A stretch of DNA of 64,000 nt. Source: an uncultured delta proteobacterium (lineage in GTDB: Bacteria > Desulfobacterota > Binatia > DP-6). Position 1 is the stretch's first letter; each line of letters opens with the position of its first letter. Below are positions 22,411-31,527 of the stretch, piece after piece. The stretch spans positions 448,001 to 512,000 of the forward strand of contig CAWFFN010000009.1 in the NCBI GenBank assembly GCA_963815115.1, given 5' to 3'. Below the pieces are notes generated by a model. That model was given only the letters and a program-made list of their open reading frames with translations, ran no database searches and had not been told where the DNA came from. Made by a program: the position numbers and the translations under genes.

Positions 22411-22518
22411 TCAGCGCGCGAGATCGCTCTGGACCGTGAGCGCGCTCCACGCCAGCCATGCGGCGACGGTGAGCACGAGGCCGACGACGAGCCAGAGATG
22501 ATGCCGGCGGAGCCGCAT
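22411..22518 (-). CDS. Small single-TM protein (35 aa)
   Basis: MRLRRHHLWLVVGLVLTVAAWLAWSALTVQSDLAR; below the ORF-track cutoff; starts 8 nt after the stop of 22527..22895. Confidence 0.5.
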   Translation of the reverse strand: MRLRRHHLWLVVGLVLTVAAWLAWSALTVQSDLAR

Positions 22519-22526
22519 CCCGGAGG

Positions 22527-22895
22527 CTACCGCCGGCCGCGCCCGGAGCCGCGCATGCCCCCGCGCGGCGCGCCCTGGCCCCCGGGAGGAGGCAGCGGCT
22601 TCACCGACAAGCGATGGTCGGGCATGGGCCGGAAGCGGAGCGTGTCTGCCGCGCGCTTGATGCGCAACCGCAGCTCGTTCCGCGCCACGGCGTCGGCCGT
22701 CGATGCGATCACCGCGCCGATGGCGAGCTCGATGTGCCCGTGACGTCCCGCCTGGGTGAGCGACACCTGCATCCGCTCCTGCCCCGGGACGTCGCGCACC
22801 TCGACCTCGAGCTTGCGGTCGATGGTCCGCGCGAGGTCGTGGATGATGCGGCGGGCTTCCTGCCTGGCCTCTGCGAGATGTCGTTCGTCAGCCAT
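22527..22895 (-). CDS. Hypothetical protein
   Basis: Globular-looking 122-aa ORF with GC-rich codon usage and an Arg/Gly-rich tail. Confidence 0.65.
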   Translation of the reverse strand: MADERHLAEARQEARRIIHDLARTIDRKLEVEVRDVPGQERMQVSLTQAGRHGHIELAIGAVIASTADAVARNELRLRIKRAADTLRFRPMPDHRLSVKPLPPPGGQGAPRGGMRGSGRGRR

Positions 22896-22969
22896 AGAAT
22901 GGAGCGGAGGTTAGGCGGAACCCGACGAATCCGCAACCGCGAGTCGAGGATGGCGAGCGCCGGCGACGA

Positions 22970-24190
22970 TCACTCGAGCACGTTCGACCCGCGCAAGCGC
23001 ACGATCTCCTCGGCGGACATGCCGAGCAGGTCGTGCAGCACTGCGTCGGTGTGCTCCCCGAGCCGGGGTGCCGGGGCGCGCAGGCGTGGCTCCATGGCGG
23101 AGAAGCGGATGGCGTGCGTTTCCGCGAGGTGCTGGCCCAGGACGGGATGGTCCACGCGCCGGAAGTGACCGCGGTGCGCGAGCTGGGGGTCGGCGTGCAG
23201 GTCCGCGAGGTCCGCGACCGGTGCTGCGTCCACGCCGGCGGCCTGCAGGCTCGCGGCGAGCGCGGTGGCGGGCTGCGGCCGCGTCCATTCCTCGAGCCGG
23301 GCCTCGAGGACGTCGACGGCGGCGAGACGCCCGGCCATCGTGGCGAGCCCCGGCTCGAGCGCCCAGCCGGGCCGTCCGAGCGCCTGGACGAGGCGCTGCC
23401 AGTCGGTGTCGTCGTGCAGCGCGATGGCGATCCAGCGCTCGCGTCCTGCTTCGTCCGCGCAGCGGAACACGCCGTGCGGCGCCTCGTGACGCGAACGGTT
23501 GCCGAGGCGTCCCAGGATCTCCCCGTTGGCGGTGAAGGTGGCGATGCACTCGCTCAGGCAGACGATGCCGCCCTCGACCTGCGCCAGGTCGATGTGCTGG
23601 CCGTGGCCCGTGCGCTGGCGGTGGAGCAGCGCGCTGGCGAGCAGGAGCGCGGCGAAACGGGGCGAGAGCGAGTCGGTGATGGTCCCGTACGGACCGACGG
23701 GCGCCCGGTCTGGCCAGCCGGTCAGGTGATTGAACCCGGACAGCGCCGAGCCCTGGCCGCCGAAGCCCGGATAGAAGCGCTGCGGGCCGGTCTGGCCGTT
23801 GAGACACGTGCTGATCATCACGAGGTCGGGCCGATCGCGGGCCAGGGAGGTGTAGTCGAGCCCCCACTTCGCCATGGCGCCGGGGGCGAAGTTCTCCGCC
23901 ACGGCGTCGACCCGCAGGGCGAGCCGGCGCGCCACGGCCACGCCGTCGGGAGTCGAGAGGTTCAGCGCGACGGACCGCTTGTTGGCGTTCAGCACGGCGA
24001 AGTGCTCGCCGCCGTCCAGCCCTCCGGGGGTGTTCGGCGTGAGCTTCAGCACGCGCAGGAAGTCCGGCCGTTGCCGCGACTCGACCCGGATGACGTCGGC
24101 GCCGTGATCGGCGAAGTAGCGCGTCGCCACGGGACCGGCCGCCCCGCCGCCGAACTCGAGGATGGTCGTGCCGGCGAGCAGATCGGTCAC
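22970..24190 (-). CDS. Class III CoA-transferase (CaiB/BaiF), subunit B
   Basis: 'GADVIRVES', 'NANKRSVALNL', 'ENFAPG', 'APRLGEHT'. Confidence 0.88.
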   Translation of the reverse strand: MTDLLAGTTILEFGGGAAGPVATRYFADHGADVIRVESRQRPDFLRVLKLTPNTPGGLDGGEHFAVLNANKRSVALNLSTPDGVAVARRLALRVDAVAENFAPGAMAKWGLDYTSLARDRPDLVMISTCLNGQTGPQRFYPGFGGQGSALSGFNHLTGWPDRAPVGPYGTITDSLSPRFAALLLASALLHRQRTGHGQHIDLAQVEGGIVCLSECIATFTANGEILGRLGNRSRHEAPHGVFRCADEAGRERWIAIALHDDTDWQRLVQALGRPGWALEPGLATMAGRLAAVDVLEARLEEWTRPQPATALAASLQAAGVDAAPVADLADLHADPQLAHRGHFRRVDHPVLGQHLAETHAIRFSAMEPRLRAPAPRLGEHTDAVLHDLLGMSAEEIVRLRGSNVLE

Positions 24191-25434
24191 ACCACGCCCT
24201 CCGCGCGCAGCCGCTCCAGCTCGGCCGCCGTCACGCCCAGCTCGGTCAGGATCGCCGTCGTGTGCTCGCCTAGTCGCGGCGCCGGACCGCGCACGGTGAT
24301 CGCCGTGCCCTCGGGATCGGGCGACGTCGTACGCGCGAAGGCGCCCGGCAAGCGCAGCGAGCCGCGTCCGGGGTGCTCGACGTCGATGAAGAATTGGCGC
24401 GCCGCCAGCTGCTCGGAGGCAAGGATCTCACGCGCCGTGTTGGCAGGGGCCAGCATCAGGTTGCGCGCGCACGCGGCCTGGAACAGCTCGGTCATGGTCC
24501 TGGTGCGGAAGAAGTCGCCGAACTCCTTCGACAGCGCGTCCACCTCGTCCTGCGAGAGCAGGTTGTGGTTGTACGCCTTCCAGTCCATGGCGCGCAGCTT
24601 CTCCGACGCCATGCCGTGCTCGCTCATGTAGGCGACCATGGCCACCAGTCCCGGGACGCGTGCCGGCCCTCCCCGGATCGCGAAGGACACCCAGCCGTCC
24701 TTGCACGGCCAGATCTCCCGCTGCACGCTGCGGCCCTGGCGGAAGAAGGCGCCGGCGCGCTGCCCGCGGTTTCCCGTCATGGCGGACATCGACGCCGTCG
24801 CCATGTTCGGCATCAGCATCGCCTCCTGGAGCGCGACGTCGACATGCTGGCCGGCGCCGGTGCGCTCGCGCGCGAGGAGCGCGAACGCGACCCCGGCCGC
24901 GGCCTCGAGGCTGCCGTGGTAGTAGGACACGGGGAGGGTGCAGCGGACCGGTGCGCGGTCGGGATCGCCGGTGCAGTGCAGGTTGCCGCTCATGGCGAGC
25001 ACCGTGAGGTCCGAGCCACGCCGGCCGGCGTACGGACCGGTCTGTCCGAACGGGGTCAGCGAGCACACGATGAGGCGGGGATTGCGCGCGCTCAGCGTCT
25101 CCCAGCCGAGGCCTCGCGCCGCCATCGCGCCCGGAGCCTCGGTCTCGAGAACGACGTCGGCCCGCGCGGCGAGGCGGAGGAACAGCTCGCGGCCCGCGGC
25201 ACGCTCCAGGTCGAGCGTCAGGCCGCGCTTCGATCCGTTGAGCGCGAGCCACAGCAGCGAGCGCTCGCCGTCGTCGACCTGGCCCCAGAACGGGGGTCGC
25301 CGTCGCGCCGGATCGCCGGCCGGCGGCTCCACCTTGACGACGTCCGCGCCGAGCTCGCCGAGCAGCATGCCGGCGAGGAAGCCGATCTCGCCGGTGAGGT
25401 CGAGCACACGAAGGCCGTGCAGGGTGCCGTGCAT
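24187..25434 (-). CDS. Class III CoA-transferase (CaiB/BaiF), subunit A
   Basis: 'GLRVLDL', 'LGADVVKVEPPAGDPAR', 'TPFGQTGPYA'; GTGA overlap with its partner. Confidence 0.88.
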   Translation of the reverse strand: MHGTLHGLRVLDLTGEIGFLAGMLLGELGADVVKVEPPAGDPARRRPPFWGQVDDGERSLLWLALNGSKRGLTLDLERAAGRELFLRLAARADVVLETEAPGAMAARGLGWETLSARNPRLIVCSLTPFGQTGPYAGRRGSDLTVLAMSGNLHCTGDPDRAPVRCTLPVSYYHGSLEAAAGVAFALLARERTGAGQHVDVALQEAMLMPNMATASMSAMTGNRGQRAGAFFRQGRSVQREIWPCKDGWVSFAIRGGPARVPGLVAMVAYMSEHGMASEKLRAMDWKAYNHNLLSQDEVDALSKEFGDFFRTRTMTELFQAACARNLMLAPANTAREILASEQLAARQFFIDVEHPGRGSLRLPGAFARTTSPDPEGTAITVRGPAPRLGEHTTAILTELGVTAAELERLRAEGVV

Positions 25435-25509
25435 CGGTGGAGCGCCAGGCTCCTAGCCGCGGCCCCGAGCGAGTGTCAAGCGACGGCGGCCGTCGCGAGC
25501 GACGGTGGC

Positions 25510-26031
25510 TCAGCCGGGCGGGGGCGTGTCCGCCGCCGGGGCAGCGTCGGGTGGTGGTGCGGCCGCGCCGCCGGCCGGTGCGCCCGTTTCCGGTGCGGCC
25601 GCTGAGCCAATCGTTTTGGTCAGCGGAGCGATGGTCACGGCTCCGCCGTCGCGCGCCTGGTCGAGCGCAGTCACCGCGAACCCGTAGTCGGCGTCGTCGG
25701 CGGCATCGAAGAAGAGGATGTGATCGTCGCGCGCGGCGAACATGCGCTTCAGGCGTTCGGGAAGCTCCTCGAGCGTCACCGCGGTGCCGTTCACCTGGAG
25801 CGTCCGGTCCGCGCCCACCCGCAGCACCAGGGGCGGCTCGGGATCCGGAGGCTGGTCGGGCGGCACCTCCTCCTTCTTCTGCTCCGGCAGGTGAACCCAG
25901 AAGTTCTTGCTGAGCAGCGGCGTCACGACCAGGAAGATGATGAGAAGAACCAGGACGACGTCGACCAGCGGCGTCACGTTCATCTGCGGCGCGACGGTCT
26001 TGCCCGACGGTCCCCCGACGCTGATCGCCAT
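25510..26031 (-). CDS. exbD: Biopolymer transport protein ExbD/TolR
   Basis: 'MNVTPLVDVVLVLLIIFLV' signature. Confidence 0.9.
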   Translation of the reverse strand: MAISVGGPSGKTVAPQMNVTPLVDVVLVLLIIFLVVTPLLSKNFWVHLPEQKKEEVPPDQPPDPEPPLVLRVGADRTLQVNGTAVTLEELPERLKRMFAARDDHILFFDAADDADYGFAVTALDQARDGGAVTIAPLTKTIGSAAAPETGAPAGGAAAPPPDAAPAADTPPPG

Positions 26032-26034
26032 GGC

Positions 26035-26616
26035 CTAGCTCCCGCCCGTGGTCGCGTCGGCCGGCGCCGGCTCGGTCGGGGCTCCGCCTTGGTCGCCGGA
26101 CGCGGGCGCTTCTGCGGGGGGCGGACCGTCAGGTGAGGGGGCGCCGGACCCGGAGCCGTCGTCCTTCACCACCTCGTACTCGACGATGCCCGCTCCGGCC
26201 CGGTGCTTCTCGCCCACCATGAAGTTGAGACCCGGGAAGCCCACCTGCTGCGCGCGGGCCATGAAGTCGCGCACCTGAGCGTACTTGAGGCCCTGGTCGG
26301 CGCGCAGGACGAGCCGCCGGTCGGGATCCGCCAGGTGCTTGTCGACGAGATACTGCGTGACGCCGTTCAGATCGAAGTGCTGGTCCTCGACGTGATAGGT
26401 GCCCGCCGCGTCGAGGCTGACCTTGATGGGATCCATGTTGCCCTCGACGTCGGGGTCGGGGTTGAAGATGCCCGGCAGGTTCACCGGCACGTCCTGCTGG
26501 AGCTGAGGTGCGATCACCATGAAGATGATCAGCAGCACGAGCACGACGTCGACGAGCGGCGTCACGTTCATTTCGGGCGCGGGACCGCGCCGGGAGACTC
26601 GCCTATGCCAGGCCAA
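26035..26616 (-). CDS. exbD: Biopolymer transport protein ExbD/TolR
   Basis: 'MNVTPLVDVVLVLLIIFMV', 'LRAD..L.Y..V'. Confidence 0.9.
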   Translation of the reverse strand: MAWHRRVSRRGPAPEMNVTPLVDVVLVLLIIFMVIAPQLQQDVPVNLPGIFNPDPDVEGNMDPIKVSLDAAGTYHVEDQHFDLNGVTQYLVDKHLADPDRRLVLRADQGLKYAQVRDFMARAQQVGFPGLNFMVGEKHRAGAGIVEYEVVKDDGSGSGAPSPDGPPPAEAPASGDQGGAPTEPAPADATTGGS

Positions 26617-27331
26617 GCCTCGCCCCGTGTCGCTCCTGCTTGACCTCCTGCTGGTGGATCTCGTCCTCGGCCCAGCCCTCGATCGAGTCGAGCAGCTCGC
26701 CCGCGGCGGCGTTCAGGGCGCCCTCGTCGCGCGCGATCTGCGTGGAGAGGTAGTTGTAGGCAAGCACGGCGGGGATCGCGACCGCCAGCCCGAGAGCGGT
26801 CTCGATGAGCGCCTCCGAGATGCCGGCGGAGACCGACGACAGGCCGCCCGAGCCGCTCGATGCGATGCCCTGGAACGCCGTGATGATGCCCAGCACCGTC
26901 CCGAGGAGCCCGACGAACGGCGCCACCGATCCCACGGAAGCCAGCACCGACAGCCCGCGCCGGAGGTCGCCTCCCATGTCCTCGAGGTAGCGCTCCATGT
27001 AGCGGCGCGTGCGCTCGGCGGGGGGTACCACCGAGACGTCGGCGGTGTCGCGGGCGTGCCGGTAGTGCGCCAGCGCGGCTTTGACGAGATGGGGCAGATG
27101 GCCGCGGGGGTACTTGCCGGCCTCCTCGATGACCGTCTCCACCATGTCGGCACGCAGGTGCCCCCCGGTCTCGGCGGCGAAGGCGCGCGACGCTTGCCGC
27201 GAGCGCCGCAGCGTCAGGATGCGCTCGATGAACACCGTGAGCGAGGAGAGACCCATGGCCAGCAGCACGATCGCCACCGTGACTGCCGGCCAGCCCATGT
27301 GCGACCACATCTCCCCGAAGCTGAATCCCAT
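26603..27331 (-). CDS. exbB: MotA/TolQ/ExbB proton channel protein
   Basis: 'LASVGSVAPFVGLLGTVLGII.AF', 'GISEALI.TA.GL.VAIPA'. Confidence 0.92.
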   Translation of the reverse strand: MGFSFGEMWSHMGWPAVTVAIVLLAMGLSSLTVFIERILTLRRSRQASRAFAAETGGHLRADMVETVIEEAGKYPRGHLPHLVKAALAHYRHARDTADVSVVPPAERTRRYMERYLEDMGGDLRRGLSVLASVGSVAPFVGLLGTVLGIITAFQGIASSGSGGLSSVSAGISEALIETALGLAVAIPAVLAYNYLSTQIARDEGALNAAAGELLDSIEGWAEDEIHQQEVKQERHGARLGLA

Positions 27332-27353
27332 GCCGGTTCCTTTCTGGATGTCG

Positions 27354-28163
27354 CTACGCCGTTAGCTTGAATGGAATCTGGATGACCCGGTACACGGTGA
27401 TGGCTTGCCCCTTGTACTTGGCCGGCGTGTATTTCCACTTCTTCACTGCCTCGAGCGCAGCGCTCACGAAGGGCTCCTCGCCACGCATCACCTCGACGTC
27501 CGACACGGTGCCGTCGGCCTGGATGACGACCTTGAGGGTCACGACCCCGGTCTGGTTGGCCGCGATCGCGTCCTTCGGGTAGTCGGGCTTCGCGTTGAAG
27601 GACGAGGGAACGGGCGGGTCGGCGTCCTCGGGGATGGCCAGGTCGGCCCCGATCCTCCCCCCGGCGACGCCGCCCGCCCTGCCGCCCTCGAGCCCTGCCA
27701 CGTCTCCCTTGCCCTCCCCGTAGACCGCGATGCCCTTGTCCAGGGCCGCATCGACTTCCTTCGGAGCATCCGCCGGCATCTCCTTGGGTGCGGCGAGATC
27801 CTTCGGAGGCGGCGGCTTGTCGAGCTTCCGGATCTTCTGGCCGGGACGGATGATCGGCGCCGCCGCGGCCGGCGCCCTGGGCGCGGCGGCGGGCGCTGCC
27901 TGCTTCACCTCGATCTTCGGCGGCGTGACCGGAGGCGGCGCCGGAATCGGAATCGGCGGCGGCGCCTTGATGACCTTCTCGACGAATTTGACCTGCACCT
28001 GTCTGCGTTCGACGATGTGACGCGTCACCGGGATGCTCAGCACGAGCAACCCGATGGCGATGTAAATCACCGACGAGGCCGCCAGCGACGACAGCCAGCT
28101 GCGGGAGGTTTCGGCGTCGGTGTGGCCGAAGTGGCTGAACGCCTGATAGCCCTTCTCGCTCAT
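27354..28163 (-). CDS. tonB: Energy transducer TonB
   Basis: N-terminal TM, Pro-rich spacer, 'PDYPKDA...TGVVTLKVVI..DGTV...AL.AV.KWKYTPA'. Confidence 0.88.
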   Translation of the reverse strand: MSEKGYQAFSHFGHTDAETSRSWLSSLAASSVIYIAIGLLVLSIPVTRHIVERRQVQVKFVEKVIKAPPPIPIPAPPPVTPPKIEVKQAAPAAAPRAPAAAAPIIRPGQKIRKLDKPPPPKDLAAPKEMPADAPKEVDAALDKGIAVYGEGKGDVAGLEGGRAGGVAGGRIGADLAIPEDADPPVPSSFNAKPDYPKDAIAANQTGVVTLKVVIQADGTVSDVEVMRGEEPFVSAALEAVKKWKYTPAKYKGQAITVYRVIQIPFKLTA

Positions 28164-28219
28164 CGCCTCCCCACCCACCGTGGACGCGTAGCGTCAGTAT
28201 CGCAGGCAGTACAGTCCCG

Positions 28220-28252
28220 TACGGTTACGAGCCTGTAAAAATCACGTGACAC
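28220..28252 (-). promoter_or_regulatory. Putative PhoB/OmpR-type tandem 11-bp direct repeats upstream of tonB
   Basis: Minus strand gtGTCACgtga/ttTTTACaggc/tcGTAACcgta. Confidence 0.4.
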
Positions 28253-28292
28253 CGGCCTATGACGGGAGCCGGGAGCGGCCACCCGGGCTCGC

Positions 28293-31229
28293 TCAGAAGC
28301 TGTATCCGAGCCCCAGCTTGAATCCGACACCGGTGGTGAATCGCTTGTATACGCCGTTCTTGACCCCTGGCCTGTCGAACGCCGGCCCCGCCTGCGATGC
28401 AGCGCTCGGCGACAATCCCTGGCCGAGGGTCCAGTTGATGCGGTCATTGAGAATGTTTTCGACGCTGAGATTGAGCGTGAGGGGAAGCCCGAGGAGGCGC
28501 TGCAGAGGCGTCGAAACGAGCACGTCGAGCTGGCTGTGGCGATCCTGGACGATGTCGGGAAGGCCCGACGTGCCGACGAGCGCGATGTATGGTCCGATCG
28601 TGTTGTAGTTCAGCCGGATCGATCCCCAGATCGGATGCGTGTAGTCGATCGCCGCGTTTGCGATGTACGGAGCCTGACCCTGAAGCGCGCGCCGGGTGTT
28701 GGTCTGAATCGTGTTGCCGAACCCCTGGATCCTGAGGCGCGGCGCGAAAACCTCGGACTGGGTGTACGTCACGTTCGCCAGGAAGCTGAGATGGCGGAGA
28801 TAGGGCGACAGGACGGTTTCCCCCGGAGACATGAACCCGAGGTTCTTGCGGCCCTCGAACTCGAACCCGGTGATGTGGCCGTCCACCGCGTTTGCCCACG
28901 TCTTGATGGAGTTCGACGACTGCGGGAGCACCGTCTCCTCGATCGGCTGCTCGAGCTTCTTGTGGAAGAACCCGAGCGAGACCAGCTCGAGCGGACCGAA
29001 GAACCACTCCCATCGCGCGTCGAAGCTCGCGATGGTCGCCTCGACGAGGTTCGGGTTGCCCTGCGTCTGCAGCTCGCCCAGGGGAGCGAGATACTGCGAC
29101 GGTGAGAGCTCGCGGAAATCGGGGCGCGATACCGAGCGGCTCCATGCGAAGCGCGCGTTCATGTCCTCGCGCGGATTGAAGATCACGTTCACCCCGGGAA
29201 GCGGATCCTCGTTGTTCTTGATCGTCTTGGTCGGCAGCGCTTCCCCGTTGGGGCCCGGGGTCTGGGAGAAGCCGTTCAGCTGGATGTAGGAGTACTCGTA
29301 GCGAAGGCCGCCAACCACGCGCAGGCGATCCCTGATGATGGGCAGATCGAACATGCCGTAGGCGCCCGCGATCTCCTGGGACACGGTGTAGTTGTCCCGG
29401 TCACGACTGTTGTCGACGAACTCCCAACCGCCGAGGCCGATGTTCGAGGGCGCAAACAGGTCTCCGGGTGGCAGTGTCGTGTCGAGGCAGGTCGCGTTGT
29501 TGCCGCCGCACGAAGGCATCAGCTCGAAACGCCTCTGCGTGAACACGCGGGACCGATAGGAGTAGGCCTGCCCGAACTTGAAGCTGGCCGGGAGGCCGGA
29601 CCACAAGCTGGTGAACGGCAGGGCCGTGTTGAAGGGGATGGTGAAGTCGAGCGCCGAGTCCGTCAGGTACTCGCGGAGGTCGTTGAAGAGGCGCGTTCCG
29701 CTGTTCGACAGCGGGGCGTACTGGAACGGCTGACCGTTGCCTCCGGTCTGGGTGAAGAAGCGCGTGTCGGGCTCCTTCTGGGTGCTGCGGGCGTAGGCCG
29801 ATCGCCAGTCGACGTTCACCCACGACCAGTGGTGCTCACCGGCCAGCTGGCCCCACTGCAGCTCCTCCATCACGTACCGGAAGGTCTGCTGCCGGGCCAT
29901 GACGGTGAGATCGTTGGTCCGGAAACCTTGACCGAGGTAGACCTGATCCGTGGAGTTGCGGTTGTAGAGACCGCGGAACGTGATCCGTTGGTTCGGTGCG
30001 ATGTCGTAGCCAGCGGTCAGCAGGCCACCGAGCTTGGTCTGGAAGATGCTGTTGTCGTAGAGCACCGTGTCGCTCAGTGCGAGCTCGGGGGGCGCGTCGA
30101 TCGACGGAGCCAGCGTGATGAAGTTGTTGGCGATCTCGTTCCGGCGGTGCTTGTACTCGTTGCCGTAGATGGCGGCGAGCTGGAAGCCGAGCGGTCCAAA
30201 CCGGTCGCCGACGGCGAAGGCGCCGCCGAAGTTGGGTGGCGCGTCCCACGTATTGATGTCCCAGATGTCGCGGAACTGGCGTCCGATGGCGTCGCGCTGA
30301 AGGGTGCTGAGCTCGCGAAAATCCGTCGCGCTTCCCGGAGTGCCGGCCGCCATCTCCCGGAAGCGGGTGCCGAAGCCGAGATAGTCGTAGTGGCTCCCGC
30401 GGTAGGTGTTGAAGGGACGGAACGTCGACTGTGTGTTGGCGCCGGTGGTGGCACCGAAGCTGTACGTGAGGGTATCGGGGAAGTCGCGCAGCTCGAGCGC
30501 GGCGAGACCGCCGGAGAAGTCTCCCGGCAGGTCGGGCGTGTAGGATTTCACGATCGACAGCGAGTCGAGGAAGCCTGCCGGGAAGAGGTCGAGCGGGACG
30601 ACGCGCCGCTGCGGGTCGGTGCTGGGGAGCCGGCTGCCGTTCAGCATCGCGCTGGTGTAGCGCTCCTGCAGGCCGCGGATGTTGATGTACTTGTCGTCCT
30701 TGACCACTACCGAGGGGGATGACGCGACGACGTGCGCAGCGTCCGAGCCGGCAGCCTTCTTCATCGCTTCGGCGCTTATGGTCTCGCCGACGGTCGCAGC
30801 CTTCTTGCGCTTGGCCAGCTGCGCCTGCTCCGTGGCCTTCTTGAGCGCGACGACCTCCACCACCTCCTGGGGGGCGTTGCCGAGCGCGGCCAGGCTGACG
30901 TCGGCCTGCAGCGCTTTGCTGGGCGCCACGGTCACGCGCTCCACGCGCATCGTCTGATACTGGGGACCGAAGAAGCGGACGTCGTACGTTCCCGGCTTCA
31001 CGTGGATGACGTATTTCCCGTCGACGTCCGTCCGGACGGGTGGTCCGCCACCGACCACCTCGACGCCGGCATCGGGAATCGGGTTGCCGGTGTCGCGGTC
31101 GATGACCGTCCCCCTGATCATGCCGGTCGCCTCGGCGGGCGCCGCGTTCTGAGCGTCGGCGCGACGCCCCGGAAACCCGGTGTGGAGCAGGGCCAGGCAC
31201 AGGAGTGCCTGCAGACAGCGACGCACCAT
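28293..31229 (-). CDS. TonB-dependent outer-membrane receptor with N-terminal carboxypeptidase-regulatory-like domain
   Basis: Signal peptide; 'GTVID..TG.PIP.A.V', plug 'IRGLQERY...LPSTDP.RRVVPLDLFP', 'SRPDFREL', 'GNPNL', terminal 'LGYSF'. Confidence 0.93.
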   Translation of the reverse strand: MVRRCLQALLCLALLHTGFPGRRADAQNAAPAEATGMIRGTVIDRDTGNPIPDAGVEVVGGGPPVRTDVDGKYVIHVKPGTYDVRFFGPQYQTMRVERVTVAPSKALQADVSLAALGNAPQEVVEVVALKKATEQAQLAKRKKAATVGETISAEAMKKAAGSDAAHVVASSPSVVVKDDKYINIRGLQERYTSAMLNGSRLPSTDPQRRVVPLDLFPAGFLDSLSIVKSYTPDLPGDFSGGLAALELRDFPDTLTYSFGATTGANTQSTFRPFNTYRGSHYDYLGFGTRFREMAAGTPGSATDFRELSTLQRDAIGRQFRDIWDINTWDAPPNFGGAFAVGDRFGPLGFQLAAIYGNEYKHRRNEIANNFITLAPSIDAPPELALSDTVLYDNSIFQTKLGGLLTAGYDIAPNQRITFRGLYNRNSTDQVYLGQGFRTNDLTVMARQQTFRYVMEELQWGQLAGEHHWSWVNVDWRSAYARSTQKEPDTRFFTQTGGNGQPFQYAPLSNSGTRLFNDLREYLTDSALDFTIPFNTALPFTSLWSGLPASFKFGQAYSYRSRVFTQRRFELMPSCGGNNATCLDTTLPPGDLFAPSNIGLGGWEFVDNSRDRDNYTVSQEIAGAYGMFDLPIIRDRLRVVGGLRYEYSYIQLNGFSQTPGPNGEALPTKTIKNNEDPLPGVNVIFNPREDMNARFAWSRSVSRPDFRELSPSQYLAPLGELQTQGNPNLVEATIASFDARWEWFFGPLELVSLGFFHKKLEQPIEETVLPQSSNSIKTWANAVDGHITGFEFEGRKNLGFMSPGETVLSPYLRHLSFLANVTYTQSEVFAPRLRIQGFGNTIQTNTRRALQGQAPYIANAAIDYTHPIWGSIRLNYNTIGPYIALVGTSGLPDIVQDRHSQLDVLVSTPLQRLLGLPLTLNLSVENILNDRINWTLGQGLSPSAASQAGPAFDRPGVKNGVYKRFTTGVGFKLGLGYSF

Positions 31230-31267
31230 CGAATCCACACCCTCCGCGGCCATTCCATTTGGCAGCC

Positions 31268-31289
31268 GAACGTTTCGATTGCGTTACGA
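31268..31289 (-). promoter_or_regulatory. Putative PhoB/OmpR-type direct repeats upstream of the TBDR
   Basis: Minus strand tcGTAACgcaa/tcGAAACgttc. Confidence 0.35.
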
Positions 31290-31527
31290 AACGACGAACT
31301 CCGGTTTCTGTCGTCGTGCGTTCGCGAAGCCGCCATCTGCCCGTAACAGAACGCCGCTACCGTGCAGGGCGAATCCGGCGCCATGGATCGGGGGCGATCC
31401 GGCGAGCCATTTTGTCTTGCCTCCTCCATCATTCTGTCACTCACAAATGGTAGGGAACGATAGGCAACACAAAACCCGCGTCCAGCATGCCGGGCGGCAT
31501 GGACGCCACACGGAAGAAGGAGAGGGT

